A stretch of DNA of 64,000 bases from an uncultured Candidatus Saccharibacteria bacterium (GCA_964582465.1 CAZOQX010000001.1:89214-153213); one strand, 5' to 3'. Counted from the stretch's first letter, positions 47,898-59,029 are shown. Numbers and translations are program-made. The notes: a model not told the origin generated them from the letters alone.

Positions 47898-48968
47898 TTG
47901 AAAGAAACAACCAAACTGCGTATTGGCATCTTAGCTCCGACATTTTTGCCCATCCCATCTCCTAAGTACGGTGGTACCGAGCAGGTTGTTTGGCACCTGG
48001 CTGATGGGCTGGTGGATCGCGGTCACGACGTTACGCTCTTTGCTTCCGGCGATGCCAAAACCAAGGCTAAACTCGTGCCGATTTGGAAACAATCGTTTAT
48101 CGCTGAAGACCCGGTCGATGCCTTCGACTTTATCCGCCAAAGCTTTGCGGCCGCAGTGGCAAGTGGCATTGTGTACGAGCATGCCAAAGACCTGGACGTT
48201 TTGCACAGTCATGTGGAGGAACGTGGGCTGTTTGTAGCCCGCGTGGCCGGCTTGCCGCTCGTAAGTACCATTAATGGTAAAATTACTGGCCCCTACCAAG
48301 CCGTGACATACGATTATTACAAAGAGGTTATGAATATCGCGATCAGTCACAGGCACCGTGAGGTTAACGATATGATCGATTGGGCCGGAGTGGTATATAA
48401 CGGCGTAGACCTTAACCGAATTCCTTTTAAAGCGAAACCCGCGGGTGATTATTTGCTCTTCCTGGGCCGGATTTCGGACGAGAAAGATCCGGCCTCTGCC
48501 ATTAAAATCGCCCAGGCGCTAGGTATGCGCCTAGTAATTGCCGCCAAAATTGACCTGAAAGACCGGCGCTACTTTGAATCCGAGGTAAAGCCACTGCTTG
48601 ATGGCTACAAAAAGGCGGAGTTCATCGGTGAGGTTGATTTTGCGACCAAAGTTAAGCTTTACCAGGATGCTCGGGCGACGCTTTTTCCGATCGACTGGGA
48701 GGAGCCATTTGGCCTGGTGATGGTAGAAAGTATGGCGGCCGGTACACCAGTGATAGCTCGTCACCGCGGCTCAGTCCCGGAAATCGTGGCACACGGAGTC
48801 AGCGGTTTCGTGGGAGAAACGAACGAGGAATTGATCGAGTTTACCAGGCGAGTGGACGAAATTGACAGGGCTGCCTGCCGCGCGCAGGCTGAAAAGTTTA
48901 GTGCCGACCGCATGGTGGAGGGTTATCTGGAGTTTTATCGGCGCGCCATTGCCCAGCATGCTAGGTAG
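47898..48968 (+). CDS. Glycosyltransferase family 4
   Basis: P..YGGTE, GH.VTLFASGD, FLGRI..EK, W.EPFGLVMVE.MA.GTPV. Confidence 0.93.
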   Translation: MKETTKLRIGILAPTFLPIPSPKYGGTEQVVWHLADGLVDRGHDVTLFASGDAKTKAKLVPIWKQSFIAEDPVDAFDFIRQSFAAAVASGIVYEHAKDLDVLHSHVEERGLFVARVAGLPLVSTINGKITGPYQAVTYDYYKEVMNIAISHRHREVNDMIDWAGVVYNGVDLNRIPFKAKPAGDYLLFLGRISDEKDPASAIKIAQALGMRLVIAAKIDLKDRRYFESEVKPLLDGYKKAEFIGEVDFATKVKLYQDARATLFPIDWEEPFGLVMVESMAAGTPVIARHRGSVPEIVAHGVSGFVGETNEELIEFTRRVDEIDRAACRAQAEKFSADRMVEGYLEFYRRAIAQHAR

Positions 48969-49025
48969 GTTTTAAGCGGCGTCCTAACCTATAATTCGAC
49001 TCAATCTTGACCTATAATAAAGCCT

Positions 49026-50606
49026 ATGCCTGAGGAGTTTGGGAAAAGTGCAATGCCTGAAAATCCTGGCGAGTCGTTTCGCCCGCCCAGTGCTCTTCGT
49101 GACCTGGAGCAAGTGCGGACACCGGAAGGTGTAGCGGCGAGCGCCGATTATTTATTCGCGAACGCCATCTTTGGTCGCGATTCAATCGAAGTGGCCTACG
49201 ATCTCTACCGCTATAAGCCTGAGATCGCAAAGGACGTTATTTTTTCATTGCTGAATCTGCAGGGCCGTAAAGCTGATTCCGTGACGGCCGAAGAGCCAGG
49301 TCGCATTCATCACGAGGCGCGCCGGCCGGTCGTAGAAGATAGTGATCAGGCTCGACAGTCCAATACTATCCTCGAACGTTTGAAGACCGAGCGCGGTATC
49401 ACTACGCCTGAGTACGTCAGTTATACCTCGGTTGATGCGACGCCACTGTTTGTACGGATGGCGTGCGCTTATCTGAAAGAGCACGGCGATAGTTTATCGA
49501 GTACCCAGAAACAGGAGCTTGAGTCCGGAATAGTGGCGGCGGTTGGGTGGATCGAGCAGCGTATCAATAGTTCTGATCTTGCTCTCATCGAGAGCCTGCC
49601 GCCCCAGCACGCCGCCGGCAGTAACGGCTCAGAGACATTGCTGGATGGGCGGTCGGTTTATATTCACCCGAGCGGTGAGCGCTTTAATGAGTCACAGCCG
49701 CTGGCTTCACCCGAAGTCCAGGCTTACGCCGTGGACGCCTTGCGCGGGGCGGCGGACCTACTGGCTGCGACCCCGGGCTTTGATGCCCAGGCGCAGCGCT
49801 GGGTAGAAGAAGCTGATTTATTGCAGCGTCGCACCCTCGAGCTTTTTTGGATGCCGGAGGAAGGCTATTTTGCTATGGGCATAGACCGTAACGAGTCCGG
49901 CACGCCGCGTCAAATTAGGTCTCAGTCTTTAAACCCGGCCATGATGCTAGACACCAGTCTCTTCGACGGCCTAAACGAAACCGAGGACAAACGCTATGTC
50001 GGAGGCATCATTGAGCACATTTATAGCAACGAATTTATGACACCAGTGGGCCTCAGAACCAAGGCTTTGCGCCACGCCGGCGCCACTGGATACACTGATT
50101 ATCAAGGCGCCTGGACGGTTTGGTATCGCGTAAATTATGATGTAGCGCGGGGTTTACAAAGGCAAGGGTTCGGACACCTGGCCGATCAAATCAAAGCCCG
50201 CTTGTTAAACGGCATTAACTTAAGTCAGGGAAATTACGAATTTGCTATCGTTGATCCAAGCGGCGAAGTCCACTACGATGTCGCCGAACGCTTGGCCGGG
50301 GAGCGGAGAGTCTTAGCGGCCACTAATGTGCCGGAGGCGCCACAGGCCTGGACTGTTTCTTTAGCGCTCGCGATTAAAAAAGAACTGGATGGGCGTGCTC
50401 GCGCCAGTGAGGTGCCAGAAGTGACTGAGGGATGGCGGGGCGATTTGGAAACTGAGAGTTTGCGTCGTGTGCCTGACGTTCAAATTATGAAATGGCGCTC
50501 GGAGTTATTGGAGAGGTTCCAAAATACCACTCTCTATCATATTGATACTGATCTCGGTAAACAGGCTGAGGCCACACGCTACCCCAATACGGGGGCCAAG
50601 TCGTGA
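49026..50606 (+). CDS. Amylo-alpha-1,6-glucosidase-like six-hairpin glycosidase
   Basis: FGRDS, EEPGRIHHE, Y.SVDATPLF, EVQAY, GLRT, YQG...W, PQAW. Confidence 0.85.
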   Translation: MPEEFGKSAMPENPGESFRPPSALRDLEQVRTPEGVAASADYLFANAIFGRDSIEVAYDLYRYKPEIAKDVIFSLLNLQGRKADSVTAEEPGRIHHEARRPVVEDSDQARQSNTILERLKTERGITTPEYVSYTSVDATPLFVRMACAYLKEHGDSLSSTQKQELESGIVAAVGWIEQRINSSDLALIESLPPQHAAGSNGSETLLDGRSVYIHPSGERFNESQPLASPEVQAYAVDALRGAADLLAATPGFDAQAQRWVEEADLLQRRTLELFWMPEEGYFAMGIDRNESGTPRQIRSQSLNPAMMLDTSLFDGLNETEDKRYVGGIIEHIYSNEFMTPVGLRTKALRHAGATGYTDYQGAWTVWYRVNYDVARGLQRQGFGHLADQIKARLLNGINLSQGNYEFAIVDPSGEVHYDVAERLAGERRVLAATNVPEAPQAWTVSLALAIKKELDGRARASEVPEVTEGWRGDLETESLRRVPDVQIMKWRSELLERFQNTTLYHIDTDLGKQAEATRYPNTGAKS

Positions 50607-51157
50607 TCGCTACTATTTCGGGGCAAGTTAGCCAAGTTCGTTCCGGATCGGTGGTGGTGGAGTTGGGCGGCCTAGGCTACGAAGTTTTCTTGCCGCTGTC
50701 GGAGGTTTTGGCTCTGAAGGAAGGGGCGAATATAAAGCTGTTTATTCACGAACACATTCGCGAGGATGCTCATACGCTCTATGGATTTAGTGACAACTCC
50801 GCGCAGGATTTATTCGAAAATCTGTTGAGTGTGAGCGGTGTTGGGCCCAAGGTGGCATTGGCGATTTTATCATCGGCGCCGACTGCAAAAATTAAAGAAG
50901 CTTTGGCTGGCGGCGATGCCGACGTTTTTAAAGCCATCGCGGGCGTCGGCCAAAAGACGGCCCAGCGCATCATTGTAGAGCTTCGGGGCAAGCTGGAAGC
51001 TTCAAGTCAGGCTCAGCCGGCTGATCCAGCCTATCAAGCTCTCATTAGCTTGGGTTACACCGCTGCCCAAGCGGCGAAGGCTGCTGCGGCCGTACCAGCC
51101 GATATCACCGACGAGCAGCATCGTATTAAGGCGGCGCTCAAGGAACTAGGCAGTTGA
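50603..51157 (+). CDS. ruvA: Holliday junction DNA helicase subunit RuvA
   Basis: GG.GYEV, REDA..LYGF, VSGVGPK, GVGQKTA.RI. Confidence 0.96.
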   Translation: MIATISGQVSQVRSGSVVVELGGLGYEVFLPLSEVLALKEGANIKLFIHEHIREDAHTLYGFSDNSAQDLFENLLSVSGVGPKVALAILSSAPTAKIKEALAGGDADVFKAIAGVGQKTAQRIIVELRGKLEASSQAQPADPAYQALISLGYTAAQAAKAAAAVPADITDEQHRIKAALKELGS

Positions 51158-52185
51158 TCGAGCGTATTACTAATCCCGAAGAAGAGGTGAGTGAGCAAGA
51201 GGGTAACTTTGAGGAAACGCTCCGGCCACATTCTTTTTCTAGCTACATTGGGCAAGTGCCTCTGAAGGACAATATTAAACTCGCTATTGCCGCCGCCGCT
51301 AAGCGTGGTGAACAGATCGACCATACCTTGCTGTATGGCCCGCCGGGATTAGGCAAAACTACTTTGGCTCACGTCATAGCGCGGGAAGTCGGTACGAATA
51401 TTCGAGTGACCTCAGGTCCAGCGGTCGAACGGGCCGGTGATTTAGCATCAATTCTCACTAATCTGAGTGATGGTGATATTTTGTTCGTTGATGAAATTCA
51501 CCGCTTGCACCGGACAGTGGAGGAGGTGCTTTATCCCGCCATGGAAGATTTTGCCCTCGACCTTGTGCTCGGGAAGGGGCCGGCCGCCCGGTCGCTGCGT
51601 CTAGACTTGCCGAAGTTTACAATGATCGGTGCCACTACTCGGGTGGGGGCGTTATCCGCGCCGCTGCGCGACCGGTTCGGAATGGTGTACCGCTTGGAGT
51701 ACTATGAGCCGGCTGATATTGAGAAAATTATTAAACGCTCGGCGCGCATCCTTAAGGCCGATATCGAAACGGCGGCAGCGGAGGAGATTGCCCGTCGTTC
51801 GCGCCTGACCCCGCGCATTGCTAATCGTCTGCTGAAGCGGGTTCGCGACTATGCTGAGGTTAAGGCCGATGGTAAAATTACGCGCCCGTTGGCTCTCGAG
51901 GCTCTGGCCAATCTTGAGATCGACGAGCTGGGACTGGATTCCAATGACCGTAAGATGCTTGCGATCATTATCGAGCGTTACAAGGGCGGGCCGGTTGGCC
52001 TCGACACCATTGCTGCGATCTCTGGCGAAGAACGCCAAACTATCGAAGATGTCCATGAACCTTTTTTGCTCCAAATTGGAATGCTGGAACGAACACCCAG
52101 GGGCAGAAGGGTCACACCCGAAGCCTACAAGCATTTAGGCCACGACGTTCCCGGAGGCCAGTCTAGCTTGCTGGGTCAAAACTAA
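51154..52185 (+). CDS. ruvB: Holliday junction DNA helicase RuvB
   Basis: [35 protein letters not shown]. Confidence 0.98.
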   Translation: MIERITNPEEEVSEQEGNFEETLRPHSFSSYIGQVPLKDNIKLAIAAAAKRGEQIDHTLLYGPPGLGKTTLAHVIAREVGTNIRVTSGPAVERAGDLASILTNLSDGDILFVDEIHRLHRTVEEVLYPAMEDFALDLVLGKGPAARSLRLDLPKFTMIGATTRVGALSAPLRDRFGMVYRLEYYEPADIEKIIKRSARILKADIETAAAEEIARRSRLTPRIANRLLKRVRDYAEVKADGKITRPLALEALANLEIDELGLDSNDRKMLAIIIERYKGGPVGLDTIAAISGEERQTIEDVHEPFLLQIGMLERTPRGRRVTPEAYKHLGHDVPGGQSSLLGQN

Positions 52186-54077
52186 TGCAGTTGGCTGATG
52201 GAGTCTGGTTGGCAGGGCCGTTCTACATTGATTTTGACGCCCTGGGCCAACTACGTATTGCGGGTCCAGGGAATCATTTATTTTTTGGCAGTGCTGGCTT
52301 GTATAAAAAAGATCTACAGATTGACCAGGTTGAAACCGTCGATGGACAGGCGGTGATTGAGGGGTATATTAAGGCCAAGAGTTTTTTGTGGCACGACCCG
52401 GCGCTGGGACATATCCGTAAGGTTCGGCGTCTGGTTGAACTACCTCATAAAACCAAGCCGACTTTTCTCAAGGTGTTTAAGGAAGATCCTGACGCCCTGG
52501 CCCCTAACTTCATTGGCGCCGAGCAGGAGGCAGGCGGCCATGAAATTTCCTATCGCAGAGTTTTTCAAGATCATTGGTACGGCGTGCGACTAATCTTGCC
52601 GCAGACTGTGCGTGTCAAGCGGAAGGACCGCCAACGTGGCTTTAAACTTATCTTAAATAAGGGCGAAATGATCCCTTTCAAACTGGTGACTGACGCCGAC
52701 CATTTGCCGAGGCCGGAGCTGTCGCAGGTTGTACTGACAGACGACTTGGCCGACATAGTGAAGGCGCGACCTGAGCTCGCCCCGATTATTCGTCGGGCAA
52801 GTGCCGAAGCAGAGTACCTAGTTAAATACGATAAAACCAGCGGCTTTGAATATGGTACGGTTTTTCCTCGTGACTGGGTTGAGTCGGCCGACTTAGGTAC
52901 ACACAATCTCACGCCGGAAGCTGTTCGCTACATGCACCACAAGGCGCTAGAATTCGTCGATCCGGCCGGTGAAGCTTGGCACGAAAATATTATTGGTGAG
53001 TTTGCCTATGAGCGCCGGCAGGAAGCCGAGGAGCTTGAGGGCACGATGGATGATCTTTTATCCCGTTCGAGTAAGCTGACGACGGCCATGCGGACCATCA
53101 TCGGCCAACTCGAGGCGACATATGTCTCTAGGCACATGATTGATGTTGAGCCTCGTTATCTATTGGGTTTATTTTCCTACGACCCGAAGGATTTGAATAG
53201 AAAGGACCTTGAGCGCTTGGCTCGGGTGGCGCGACTAGTATTGGAACAAGCTAGGTCAAACCAGCTGATTACTTTCAAACGGCTCTCTCCTCTCTACAAA
53301 CGCCACAAGCATGATGAGTACCACCAGGTTGGTAATTGGCGAGACAGCCGCACTGCCTATCTCGGAGCGGAGCCGCCGATTGCTCCCTTTGACGTTAATG
53401 CCGTCTTCTACCCGCAGGCGCTCGTGCAAATTAAGCGCTACGCCAAAGTGCTGCAGGTTGAGGCTCCGGACATTGATGAATTAATCGCCAAATGGCTAGA
53501 GGTCAAGAAGTGGTATAAGTTTAAAAACCTCGATGGGCAGACTGCCTATGCTCTGGCATTATATGGGGTGAGTGATGCCAGGGATGGCATTCAATTTAAA
53601 CAGCTGAAAGTTAATCATTTGGATGAGTCGTACGACTTATTCTTCGGCACGCCGAGCGAAGCGGACGTTGCTAGTTTCTCTAAACGCTTGATTGACCCGT
53701 ACTACTTCTTTACGCCTTCGGGGCCGACGCTGGTTGGTCAGCGCGATGGCTACAGTACTACCGGCTACCATGGGACGGTGATCTGGACGAAGCAAACGGC
53801 TTTTACAGTGGCGGGCTTGCGGCGGCAAAAGGAGCGCTCTCGGGCCGAGGGTTGGAGCCAGCCTACTCAAGCCCTGATTGATCAGTCGCTCCGCCAAACT
53901 TCGCATGCTGCCCTAGATGCCTTCATTAAACTAGAGGGGTTTCCCGAACTGCACTACGACCTGAAAGGCCAGCCGCATTTCTACAGCGACCAGCCTAAGG
54001 CGGAAGGTCCGATGAATAAAGTTCAGCTTTGGAGTGCCGTCGGTGCGCTGCGGATTATTCGTGATAGCTTGCTCTAA
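52185..54077 (+). CDS. Divergent six-hairpin glycosidase-like protein
   Basis: FPRD, HE, GNWRDS, D.NA, YHG.VIW and QLWS echo GDE-like catalytic motifs; TAATG-coupled to ruvB. Confidence 0.55.
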   Translation: MQLADGVWLAGPFYIDFDALGQLRIAGPGNHLFFGSAGLYKKDLQIDQVETVDGQAVIEGYIKAKSFLWHDPALGHIRKVRRLVELPHKTKPTFLKVFKEDPDALAPNFIGAEQEAGGHEISYRRVFQDHWYGVRLILPQTVRVKRKDRQRGFKLILNKGEMIPFKLVTDADHLPRPELSQVVLTDDLADIVKARPELAPIIRRASAEAEYLVKYDKTSGFEYGTVFPRDWVESADLGTHNLTPEAVRYMHHKALEFVDPAGEAWHENIIGEFAYERRQEAEELEGTMDDLLSRSSKLTTAMRTIIGQLEATYVSRHMIDVEPRYLLGLFSYDPKDLNRKDLERLARVARLVLEQARSNQLITFKRLSPLYKRHKHDEYHQVGNWRDSRTAYLGAEPPIAPFDVNAVFYPQALVQIKRYAKVLQVEAPDIDELIAKWLEVKKWYKFKNLDGQTAYALALYGVSDARDGIQFKQLKVNHLDESYDLFFGTPSEADVASFSKRLIDPYYFFTPSGPTLVGQRDGYSTTGYHGTVIWTKQTAFTVAGLRRQKERSRAEGWSQPTQALIDQSLRQTSHAALDAFIKLEGFPELHYDLKGQPHFYSDQPKAEGPMNKVQLWSAVGALRIIRDSLL

Positions 54078-54365
54078 CTAGCCGGAAAAGGGGTCGCTCT
54101 TGCCCAAGTTGGTTTTGGGCGCCTGTGGCACAGTTTGGAGATTTGAAATCGAGTTGAGCAATTTTTGGTCGAACTGGAAATGTTTTAACTTGTTGTTGGC
54201 CGTAGTCAAATATTGATCGTCGGGGCCAGCCGCGACGATGGAACTGAGCTGGTAAAGAGAATAACCGCACAAAAGAATTACCACGATCGCGATAAGGAAG
54301 AATTTAATCCGGTCGACGGTGTGTAGGAGTTTGAGAGCTTGGGATTTTATTTGGTCTAATTTCAT
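54078..54365 (-). CDS. Small pilus-associated membrane protein
   Basis: Single TM, C-terminal GK.DPF; follows pilO. Confidence 0.65.
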   Translation of the reverse strand: MKLDQIKSQALKLLHTVDRIKFFLIAIVVILLCGYSLYQLSSIVAAGPDDQYLTTANNKLKHFQFDQKLLNSISNLQTVPQAPKTNLGKSDPFSG

Positions 54366-54916
54366 TTCTTTAAGTAAGCGTTAATTGTTAGGTTGATGGT
54401 CAAAGGACTGGACGCAGATACACCCTTGGTTACGTTCATTGCGGTTACGCTATTGAAGCGGTTGAGGGTTTCTAGCCTCTGTAAGAAAGTTAAGAGGCCC
54501 GTGTAGCTGCCATTAATCTGAACATTGGCCGGTAGGCTGAGCAGACCGCCAACTACTTGAGTTTGGCTGGTTGATCCCGGCAAACCGCTGCCCGAGAGGA
54601 AGCTAGTGCTGACTAAATCAACTCCAGAGGCCGCCGCGATCTGTTGCAATTGGTTGACGATGGCTGATTGTTGTTTAGTTTTAGGGAGTGCTTCGTAAAG
54701 CTTAGGCACAGCTGACGAAACGGCTTGGTATTTATTCTGCAGCTTTGCTAGCTCGTCCAGGCTGGTATCGGCCAGTTGGACGTCGGCTAGGCGGATTTTA
54801 AGTGTCTGGATTTCGTGACGCAGCTTAGTATTCGCCCACCCGTAGGTAGCGCCGCCGGCCGCAAGCGCCAGCACGATTATGCCTGTCAGCAGATAATAAA
54901 ATTGCTTAGGTTTCAT
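54362..54916 (-). CDS. pilO: Type IV pilus assembly protein PilO
   Basis: TM, coiled coil, LP, G.Y..L..FL..LE.L.R. Confidence 0.85.
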   Translation of the reverse strand: MKPKQFYYLLTGIIVLALAAGGATYGWANTKLRHEIQTLKIRLADVQLADTSLDELAKLQNKYQAVSSAVPKLYEALPKTKQQSAIVNQLQQIAAASGVDLVSTSFLSGSGLPGSTSQTQVVGGLLSLPANVQINGSYTGLLTFLQRLETLNRFNSVTAMNVTKGVSASSPLTINLTINAYLKK

Positions 54917-55455
54917 CTGGTTGCCCCCGGCTTAAAGGCGATGTCGAGTTGGGCCTTATAGGCTCCGGCACTAGGGTTGGTAATATTTTCGATATCGACC
55001 CCCTGGACGCGTTTGGATGACGCTAGGGCATCGCGGAAACCGCTGATGGCGGCAAATGAATTAGCCGTGACGGTAATTTGTGAAGGTTTCTTGTTGTCAG
55101 AGGATAGATTGAGTGAATCCCATGACACCCCGGCCGGAGTCAGTGTGGCTAGCTCCTGCAAGAGGGTAGAAAAGTGAGTTTGGCCTTGTTGGACCTGAGA
55201 AATTGCCTGCAACTGGTCCTGTAAATTCTTAGCATTCTGCTCAGTCGTGCTATACGTCGCGATCTTAGCCATGCGGTCAGCAAGATCGTGAGCCGCCTGG
55301 TCGAGCCGGTGTTTTACAAACCAATCGGATCCGGTCACTACCAAGGCGAGCACAATAGCTGCAATTATCAGTGCCCGGAAGTAGCGCACGAGGGTGGCGT
55401 TGCGCTTGGCGAAGGCTATTTGGTTCTTGAGTTCGGGAGGGAGTAGATTAATCAT
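54913..55455 (-). CDS. pilN: Type IV pilus assembly protein PilN
   Basis: INLLP N-terminal motif, TM, coiled coil. Confidence 0.88.
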   Translation of the reverse strand: MINLLPPELKNQIAFAKRNATLVRYFRALIIAAIVLALVVTGSDWFVKHRLDQAAHDLADRMAKIATYSTTEQNAKNLQDQLQAISQVQQGQTHFSTLLQELATLTPAGVSWDSLNLSSDNKKPSQITVTANSFAAISGFRDALASSKRVQGVDIENITNPSAGAYKAQLDIAFKPGATR

Positions 55456-56518
55456 AGCCCAACCCCTTCATGGCGAGACCGATGGCGGTGTGATAGTGCG
55501 CCCGCTCGGTTTTGGGCGTCTTATCCGTAGTGAGTTTGTCCCAGGGGTCAAAAGCTAAGGCTGCGAGTCCCGTCGCCTGGGCCAGGTAGTCGGCTAGGCC
55601 AGGTACGGCAGCGCCATCTCCAGTTAAGATCAGGCCTTCAAGGCCAGCTCTATTGCCAGAATGATCTTTAAAGTAGTTTGTAACTCGCTTGGCTTCTGCT
55701 GCCACTTGGTCAAGCGAGTCGGCGCTAGCTTGCTTGATCTTGGGCAGCAAATCGCTTGCGCCGAGGCCCAATTTAGTAATAACTTGGCGGCTTTTGGTGT
55801 TGGTTAGCCCTAGTTTTTGCTCTACATTCTTAATAACCGATTCAGTTCCAATACTGACACTACCGGTGACCCTGATGACGCCTGCGAGCACGGCCAGATC
55901 AATTGATTGGGCTCCAAAGTTAATGATGAGAACTGGCTTGGTTTTAGCGACCGCCAGCTGCGCAGCTCGCGCCAGGGCGGCTAAACTAATCTCGATGACT
56001 TCAACTTCGAGCTCAAGCAGGTCGAATAGTTGGATATAGGAATCAACAATCGCTCTGGGAGTGGCGACTAGCAGGATTTCTTGTTGCGGTGCATCTTTTG
56101 TCTTGGGATCTACCGGTTTGGCACCAATTACAGTGTAGTCAATGTAAAGGTCATTGACCGGCACTGGAATATACTGCTCAGATTGGAGTTTGATTGCGCT
56201 GCTGAGCTCGGTCTTTGTCATCGGCGGCAGTTCAATCGTGCGGACAAAGGTCTTTGCGACTGGCAGTGAAGCTGCAACCCTGCGGGCGGAGAGTTTGCCT
56301 ACGGCTGCTTTTTCCAGGAGCGGCTTTACGACTTGAGCTATAGCTTGGGGGTCGGAGATAATGCCCTCCAAGATCACATCAGGTGAAAACCTCGCAGATC
56401 CGTAGCCCGCTACTTTTAAGCCATGATGGCTCTGCTCGAGCTGCATGAGCTTAACTTCTTCCGGGCCAATATCGAAGCCCAAAATCGGCTGAGGTTTGTA
56501 TACTAGTGGTACGCGCAT
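55448..56518 (-). CDS. pilM: Type IV pilus assembly protein PilM
   Basis: GFDIG...VK, EQYIP, LTGDGA..PGL, AIGLA actin-like motifs. Confidence 0.92.
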   Translation of the reverse strand: MRVPLVYKPQPILGFDIGPEEVKLMQLEQSHHGLKVAGYGSARFSPDVILEGIISDPQAIAQVVKPLLEKAAVGKLSARRVAASLPVAKTFVRTIELPPMTKTELSSAIKLQSEQYIPVPVNDLYIDYTVIGAKPVDPKTKDAPQQEILLVATPRAIVDSYIQLFDLLELEVEVIEISLAALARAAQLAVAKTKPVLIINFGAQSIDLAVLAGVIRVTGSVSIGTESVIKNVEQKLGLTNTKSRQVITKLGLGASDLLPKIKQASADSLDQVAAEAKRVTNYFKDHSGNRAGLEGLILTGDGAAVPGLADYLAQATGLAALAFDPWDKLTTDKTPKTERAHYHTAIGLAMKGLGYD

Positions 56519-56553
56519 TTTCTAAGCTTTAGCATTTTCATAATTATAGCAGT

Positions 56554-57945
56554 TTAAAGCCGCTCATAGTACCTGACATCCCAAGTAATGGCAGAGCCGC
56601 CTACTGAGTAGCCGAACGTGATGTTGCCATTGTTCTGCAGCTCGATCGTTTGACCGTTGATTCCGCCGACCGCCCCGTTGTTATTAACAAATACCTTGGT
56701 CCAGCGCGCGTAGAAGAGGGTATTTGCTCCTAGCCCGCTATTGCCCATGGTCATCGTTTTTATGCCCTGAGAATTAGCGAGATTAGCACCAGTAACGTTT
56801 GTGCAATCGGGTGAGCAGCTCGCCTTACTGTAAAAGGTAATGAACTTAAATCCCCATCCCGCCTGATTGGACGCAATCACAGCATTGTTAATAAAGTTTG
56901 CGCCACCGCTGCCATCGATCATGATAACTGGGGCAGCACCCAGAGAATCACTGACCTTGATGGCGGCTTGGTTTTTGATGGTGAAGTCGCCATCAATCCA
57001 AATATTTCCCATGACGGTAACGACGCAGGAGTTGTTCAGGCTTACACTGCCTCCGGTGATGTGGGTATTGGCTGGCCAGGTTTTAGAGCCGCTGGAACAG
57101 CTGGCACTTGCCGCATCCATGGTGTTTGTCACCGCTGCTTTTTGAGCGGCGCGGTCGTAGTCGGGCATCGCCATGTAACTAACGCCGCTCGAACCCACTA
57201 GCCCGTTGTTACTCATGCCTGTCGTTGAAGTTTGGTTATTAGCCGTGACATTGCCATAAATGTGGGCAGTGTTGATGATACTAATAGGTTGCCCGCTAGC
57301 ACATAGGGCAGGGTAAGTGTTGTCGGCCGGCGACGGGCAGTTGTAGTAAGCGACATTAACCGTAGCTGGTTGAGTCACCGACCCAATCGTGGCATTGTTG
57401 CTCAGGCTGATCTTGCCGTCAATGTATACCAGGCCGCCGATGATGGCATTATTGCTCATCGCGAGTCCGCCGGCGCCGCTAACAACGGCATAGCCTTGGG
57501 CCTGTGTACCCTCAATGACGAGCTTAACGGTGCGAGTAAGAATTGGCGTGGTGGCGGTTTGGGGAAAGTAAATTTTTCCAACTGAATAAACGATTTTTTC
57601 ATTGGCGATCGAACCGGCAGCACTGCAGGTTTCATACGTCCCCTTGCCCTGGGTGCTGTCGTTAAAAAGCGTGACCGGACTGGCGCCACTGGAAGTAATG
57701 GGACAAGTGATATTTGTGCCGGTATAGCTATTATTTAAGTTGATGTTGTAGAGGAAGCTGTCTGCTCCTGCTTCGGCGACAGCGAGGGCGTCAAGCCCAA
57801 TAAGATTGCGCCGGGCGGAGTTATAAATCGCCGAGCTGTAGAGTGTGATCGCCACAATCATGGTAAAAAAGATCGCCCCAATTATGATAATGACGGGCAA
57901 TATTAATCCCCGCTGACCCCGGAGCTTTAGTCGAACTTTCATCAT
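56554..57945 (-). CDS. PilX-like minor pilin with large beta-rich domain
   Basis: QRG/LILP type III signal, A...AEAG motif. Confidence 0.8.
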   Translation of the reverse strand: MMKVRLKLRGQRGLILPVIIIIGAIFFTMIVAITLYSSAIYNSARRNLIGLDALAVAEAGADSFLYNINLNNSYTGTNITCPITSSGASPVTLFNDSTQGKGTYETCSAAGSIANEKIVYSVGKIYFPQTATTPILTRTVKLVIEGTQAQGYAVVSGAGGLAMSNNAIIGGLVYIDGKISLSNNATIGSVTQPATVNVAYYNCPSPADNTYPALCASGQPISIINTAHIYGNVTANNQTSTTGMSNNGLVGSSGVSYMAMPDYDRAAQKAAVTNTMDAASASCSSGSKTWPANTHITGGSVSLNNSCVVTVMGNIWIDGDFTIKNQAAIKVSDSLGAAPVIMIDGSGGANFINNAVIASNQAGWGFKFITFYSKASCSPDCTNVTGANLANSQGIKTMTMGNSGLGANTLFYARWTKVFVNNNGAVGGINGQTIELQNNGNITFGYSVGGSAITWDVRYYERL

Positions 57946-58622
57946 TTGTTCCTCAGGCTGGCAATAGTGGTGAAGCTGCTGGTCAAGGTCTGCCCACCCG
58001 ATGTTTTAGTTTGCTTTAGGGTGACTTTAACTGCCTCTGTCCCGCTGGGCGAAGTGACAGGATTATTGGAGGCATCATAATATTGGGTCACGAGGTCGGC
58101 CACATCTTCCACCACCTTGGCGTCGGCTGGACAGCTCGCTGTAACGGCACTGGGCGGGCAAGTCGTAATGGCTGTGTTGCCTGGAGCGCCCGGATTAGCC
58201 AGGGTGCGGCGATAAAGAATTCTAGTAGTAGGGTCAATGAAATAGATCACATCGTTGACATACGGGGTATTGTGTTGGCCATCGATGTAGAGGATATTAC
58301 CGCTCGTGTTGTGAGCCGGGACCGCCAAAATTAAAGTGGCATTATCGCCGGAGGCAGCCGACCAGCTATACAAGTTGCTCGGCGCGCCTGGGGCATGCTG
58401 ATCAGCTAAGGAGTTGGATGCTTCAACGCCGCGAGCTGACCGAATGGTATCCGAGGTAGTTAGCACTGCTTGTTTTGTATTATTCTGGATAATCGTGATG
58501 GTTTGTTGTCGAGCCAAGTTGGCCAGAACTTTGCCTATAAATTGGCCCATAATCAAAACCATAATGGATGTGACCGCGAGAGCGACCAGGAGCTCAAGTA
58601 AGCTGAAACCACGCTCGCTCAC
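57942..58622 (-). CDS. Minor pilin (PilW-like)
   Basis: RG/FSLLELLV prepilin motif; SLRN C-terminus. Confidence 0.85.
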   Translation of the reverse strand: MSERGFSLLELLVALAVTSIMVLIMGQFIGKVLANLARQQTITIIQNNTKQAVLTTSDTIRSARGVEASNSLADQHAPGAPSNLYSWSAASGDNATLILAVPAHNTSGNILYIDGQHNTPYVNDVIYFIDPTTRILYRRTLANPGAPGNTAITTCPPSAVTASCPADAKVVEDVADLVTQYYDASNNPVTSPSGTEAVKVTLKQTKTSGGQTLTSSFTTIASLRNK

Positions 58623-59029
58623 TTGTTAATTCCTCGGCTGGCAATTAATGTTGCCACGGCGATATTTTTGGTACTCCCAGCTTCAGTGTAGGCGACGTTT
58701 ATCACAACCTTTTTTAAACTGCCGGCTTGTATTTCCGTGATAGTAGCAGTCGCTGATCTCGGTGTGTGCAGAGATGGGTAGGGGCTGAGTTGGCTGATCA
58801 AGTCCACTGTTCCGACTGGAATTGAATTGTATGGTGTGTTGCGGTAGACCTCTTCTTGCTGCTGGACCACCTGGGTGGCAATCGTGAGGTTCTTGGTTTT
58901 GTGATTAAGATTCTGGATGCCGAAGATGGCCGTGATTATTACGGAGACAATTACCCCCATCACGGCGGCGGCAACTATAAGCTCTAATAGGGAGAAACCG
59001 GCTTGAGGGGCCCACCTCGATTTGCGCAT
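58619..59029 (-). CDS. Minor pilin (PilV-like)
   Basis: AG/FSLLELIV prepilin motif. Confidence 0.85.
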   Translation of the reverse strand: MRKSRWAPQAGFSLLELIVAAAVMGVIVSVIITAIFGIQNLNHKTKNLTIATQVVQQQEEVYRNTPYNSIPVGTVDLISQLSPYPSLHTPRSATATITEIQAGSLKKVVINVAYTEAGSTKNIAVATLIASRGINK

